The notes under the pieces: model-generated
Seen by the model: only the letters and a program-made list of their open reading frames with translations
What the model was told of the DNA's origin: nothing
The model's database searches: none
From: Candidatus Zixiibacteriota bacterium
GTDB lineage: Bacteria > Zixibacteria > MSB-5A5 > GN15 > JACZUZ01
Direction: 5' to 3'
NCBI GenBank assembly: GCA_024280835.1
Contig: JAJRPJ010000008.1
Coordinates: forward strand, 83,730 to 147,729
DNA length: 64,000 nt
Program-made: the position numbers and the translations under genes
Part shown: piece by piece, positions 61,008 through 64,000 of the stretch
Layout: each line of letters starts with the position of its first letter
Position numbering within the stretch: position 1 is the stretch's first letter

Positions 61008-64000
61008 TTAACCTTCGCTACCCACTGATGGTAACTCTGGATTAGGATTCCGCAAACGCGCCTGATAGGACGTTCTTGGACGTGTATTTATTTCTGCAAA
61101 TATTTCGTAATTACGATTCTGCGCTTTGAGCTTAGCAACTTCACTATTTGGATCTAGAATATTGCCAAAGACAATCGCTTTTGTTGGGCAAGCCTGCTGA
61201 CAGGCAGACATGATTTCGCCATCAGCAACTAGGCGATTTTCTTTCTTGGCGGCCAACTTAGCGCCTGAGATTCTCTGTGTGCAGTATGTACATTTTTCCA
61301 TCACACCACGTGAACGAACTGTCACATCAGGATTCATCGCCATCTTGGTTACTTCTGGCGTGTCCTTGGTGTAATTGAAGAAATTAAATCGACGAACCTT
61401 ATAAGGGCAGTTATTTGAATAATAGCGGGTTCCGATGCAACGATTATAAACCATCACATTGAGACCTTCTTTATCATGATTAGTCGCGGCGACAGGACAA
61501 ACCTGCTCACAAGGAGCAGTCTCGCATTGCTGGCAGGCCATCGGCTGTTGCGCCATCTGAGGATCATCTTCTTCACCAATGAAGTATCTGTCCATGCGCA
61601 TCCAGTGCATCTCACGGCCTTTGCCAACCTGCTCTTTGCCAACTATAGCAATATTGTTTTCGCTCTGACAAGCGATGGTGCAAGCATTACAGCCCGTGCA
61701 AACATTCAAATCAATAGCCATACCCCACTGATAACCAGTGTCGTATTTGAAATCATTCCACAATGAGGCCAAAGGCGGAGTTTCCACCATATCAGGCGCA
61801 AAGGTCGGACTCTGACGATACTCAGCGAGTGTCGCTTCACGAATCAACGGACGGTCTTCCATCGAGCCATGATCTTGGCTACTTGAGAGCGGATAGTTCT
61901 TACCAGTCGAGCTAGCAGTCACACCGCTAGCGAAATTGAATGTCGACATAGTACGCAAAGCGGCAACATCCACACCAACGGAGCTTCCAACTGTACCAGC
62001 GGCAACACGGCCATAACCAACAGCTAGGGCCAGAGAGTTATCTGCCTGTCCTGGCATAACCCAAACAGGAGCGTCCAGCGCCTTAGCGCCGATTTTCAGA
62101 GTCACTACGTCGGTGTTGTCAACTCCCAATCGCTTGGCAGTTGCAGGACTCATCAAAACCGCATTATCCCAAGTCAACTTGGTGATTGGGTCTGGCAACT
62201 CTTGCAACCAACCAACATTTGCAAAGCGACCGTCATGTAAATTGCCATCATAGAAAACAATTTCAAGATTACTATTACTAACCGCATTAGATTGGCCAGG
62301 GTATCTCTTGAGAACATTTTGCAACGCGTCGGACTTAACTTTGAGCGCTAATGGGTCGGTAGCTGAGTTCTTCAACAGGCCATCATGTAAGGTACGTTCC
62401 CAATGAGCTTCAAAATTTGTTTTGCCAGTTACGCCGCGTAAAGTCTTGCGCACTAATTCGTAGCCTGGAGTTTCACGTCCACCGAGTAATAGAGAAATAA
62501 CTTCAATCGGACTGCGGCCATCATAAAGCGGCTCAATCAATGGCTGAGTAATCGCCAATGTGCCATCAGTTGAGCGTGTATCTCCCCAACTTTCCAGGAA
62601 ATGCGCCATCGGTAAGACCCAATTGGCGGCGCCTGCGGTTTCATCATTCGAATTACCGAGACGAATCACTGTCCCGACTTTTTTGAGAGCTTCAGCGAAA
62701 TTCAAATCTGATGGCGCATTATAGACAGGATTGCCATCAGCGATAATCAATGTCGAGATTTCTCCAGCGTTCATCTTGGCTGTCAAATCAGCCAAACCGT
62801 CACGATTCGGGAAAAGCGCATCGGGAGCCGCATGATAATCAACAGTTTCGCCGATATTACCAAGCGCATTGTTGATGGCTACGACAAGTGAATGCACAGC
62901 CGCTGGCTGGCGTCGACCAGCGACGACCAACGATTTGCCGCGCGACTTCATTAAGTCTTTGGCGACAACTTCAAGCCATTTTTTCTTTGAGCCAGCAAAT
63001 GACATCGCCTGAGAACTCAGCCCAGCGATAGTCAGCCCCTGACGTTTCAACTCACCCGCCAAAGCCAAAGCAAAGGCGGCGATTTCAGTTGAGGCGACAC
63101 GCAAACGATGATCAGCCATACCGCCAGTGAGAGTAAACAAACTCTCAGCGACATACAGGCGATTCATTGAATCTTTTTCTGAGGTGACACGCCTGCCATC
63201 TGCAAAACCACGCGCAGCGATAACACTTTCGCTATCACGTTGCAAAAAGTCAGAATCAAGAGCTAAAACTACATCAGCTTTGTCATAGTGAAAATTCGGT
63301 AGGGATTCTTGGCCAGTTACAGCGGCAAGTCCAGCGTAAATATTCTCATCGCTAACAGACTCATAAGCCACCCAAGGGGCTTTGGGGAACATCTTCTTCC
63401 AGCGCTTGGCCAAACTGGCCATCGTTGGCGAATTGTGCGACTCGGTGAGAATCGCAATACCCTGTCCGCTGGCGGCCTTGTAGGTCGAAAATTCATCGCG
63501 CCAAAACTTTACAAAATCATCCCAGCTCTGATCAACACCATCGAGAGAGACCGAACCAATTCTATCAGGATCATAAAGCGACAGAGTCATTGACTGCATT
63601 TGCGCGCTAGTCGAACCAAGAGTTGAGGGATGTAGCGTATTGCCTTCTATTTTTGTCGGGCGGCCTTCATGACTCTCCACAAGCAGCCCAAAAGCGCTCA
63701 AGCCAAAGGGCATAGCGGTCGCATAATACTGCGCCTTGCCAGGAACCAAGTTATCAGGAGCGATAACATACGGAACAATTTTTTGCACTGGACGACGACA
63801 ACTCGCCAGCCCAGCCAGAGCGACAGATGCGCCCATAATACCCATGAATTTCCGTCGACTGACAGGATCATTCAACTCAGAAGTCCCATTGGGGAATTCT
63901 TTGGCGACAATTTTCTTGAACTCTGGCGTTTCGGCCAATTGGTCAAGACTCCGCCAGTAGCGCTTTTGTTTAACCGCTGGCGTTCCTGACGAGAGCGTCA
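61008..64000 (-). CDS. actB: Alternative Complex III subunit ActB (molybdopterin-oxidoreductase-like domain fused to a 4-cluster ferredoxin domain); 5' end runs off the window
   Basis: It has a Tat signal (SRRKFMGIMGASVALAGLASC), a large MopB-like domain and cysteine groups CTGCNACTIAC, CQQCETAPCEQVCP and CTYC...CQQACP. The frame stays open upstream of the track start (63938) to position 63998 and reads ...KQKRYWRSLDQLAETPEF, the usual ActB N-terminal motif. The real start is therefore beyond 64000. Confidence 0.9.
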   Translation of the reverse strand, partial: TLSSGTPAVKQKRYWRSLDQLAETPEFKKIVAKEFPNGTSELNDPVSRRKFMGIMGASVALAGLASCRRPVQKIVPYVIAPDNLVPGKAQYYATAMPFGLSAFGLLVESHEGRPTKIEGNTLHPSTLGSTSAQMQSMTLSLYDPDRIGSVSLDGVDQSWDDFVKFWRDEFSTYKAASGQGIAILTESHNSPTMASLAKRWKKMFPKAPWVAYESVSDENIYAGLAAVTGQESLPNFHYDKADVVLALDSDFLQRDSESVIAARGFADGRRVTSEKDSMNRLYVAESLFTLTGGMADHRLRVASTEIAAFALALAGELKRQGLTIAGLSSQAMSFAGSKKKWLEVVAKDLMKSRGKSLVVAGRRQPAAVHSLVVAINNALGNIGETVDYHAAPDALFPNRDGLADLTAKMNAGEISTLIIADGNPVYNAPSDLNFAEALKKVGTVIRLGNSNDETAGAANWVLPMAHFLESWGDTRSTDGTLAITQPLIEPLYDGRSPIEVISLLLGGRETPGYELVRKTLRGVTGKTNFEAHWERTLHDGLLKNSATDPLALKVKSDALQNVLKRYPGQSNAVSNSNLEIVFYDGNLHDGRFANVGWLQELPDPITKLTWDNAVLMSPATAKRLGVDNTDVVTLKIGAKALDAPVWVMPGQADNSLALAVGYGRVAAGTVGSSVGVDVAALRTMSTFNFASGVTASSTGKNYPLSSSQDHGSMEDRPLIREATLAEYRQSPTFAPDMVETPPLASLWNDFKYDTGYQWGMAIDLNVCTGCNACTIACQSENNIAIVGKEQVGKGREMHWMRMDRYFIGEEDDPQMAQQPMACQQCETAPCEQVCPVAATNHDKEGLNVMVYNRCIGTRYYSNNCPYKVRRFNFFNYTKDTPEVTKMAMNPDVTVRSRGVMEKCTYCTQRISGAKLAAKKENRLVADGEIMSACQQACPTKAIVFGNILDPNSEVAKLKAQNRNYEIFAEINTRPRTSYQARLRNPNPELPSVGSEG

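Overview
This is a 64-kb chromosomal window that is mostly housekeeping. It probably comes from an uncultivated member of the T9SS-bearing FCB-type bacteria. That guess rests on several proteins ending in the NYPNPFNPST...LLK type-IX sorting domain, a GDANGDG-type dockerin, and an Alternative Complex III plus caa3 oxidase cluster.

Gene content by region:
- 1-23 kb (mostly + strand): panB, a Trx-type arsC, a DinB-like gene, secA, rsgA, a TPR lipoprotein, pyrK-pyrD, a DUF1611/PLP-racemase pair, pyrF, a 1773-aa multidomain T9SS cargo protein, a smaller T9SS cargo protein and a PP2C phosphatase.
- 23.7-36 kb: tRNA-Arg(ACG) with an integrase fragment beside it, then a looser set of genes. These are a beta-propeller/Tiki-like fusion, EamA, TfoX, an 895-aa secreted protein, an otsB-otsA fusion, a TPR protein and a cohesin-like/dockerin protein.
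- 36-50.7 kb (- strand): lepB-hemW, a beta-propeller protein, an OM barrel, a tandem kinase, a cohesin-like T9SS protein, and an ECF-sigma/DUF4097/bactofilin-like/HtrA/pseudo-HtrA module.
- 51-64 kb (- strand): actB-F, SCO1, ctaCDEF and DUF420. actB runs off the window edge.

Most notable observations:
- An unannotated ArsC/Spx-family gene (27469..27819, -) has an in-frame UGA exactly at the first Cys of its CxxC motif and a hairpin just downstream. It is a candidate selenoprotein.
- hemW is interrupted by a single in-frame TAA.
- Intergenic spacers are repeatedly filled with short degenerate tandem repeats (period 11-17 nt).
- A family of related long hairpins, and two long non-coding gaps that share sequence blocks, remain unexplained.
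- The sigma/DUF4097/beta-helix membrane protein/HtrA module has no recognisable anti-sigma factor.
- Cohesin-like and dockerin modules occur on T9SS cargo proteins.

All homology calls come from motif recognition by eye and memory. No database search was run. I see no CRISPR array, no intact mobile element and no recognisable defence system.
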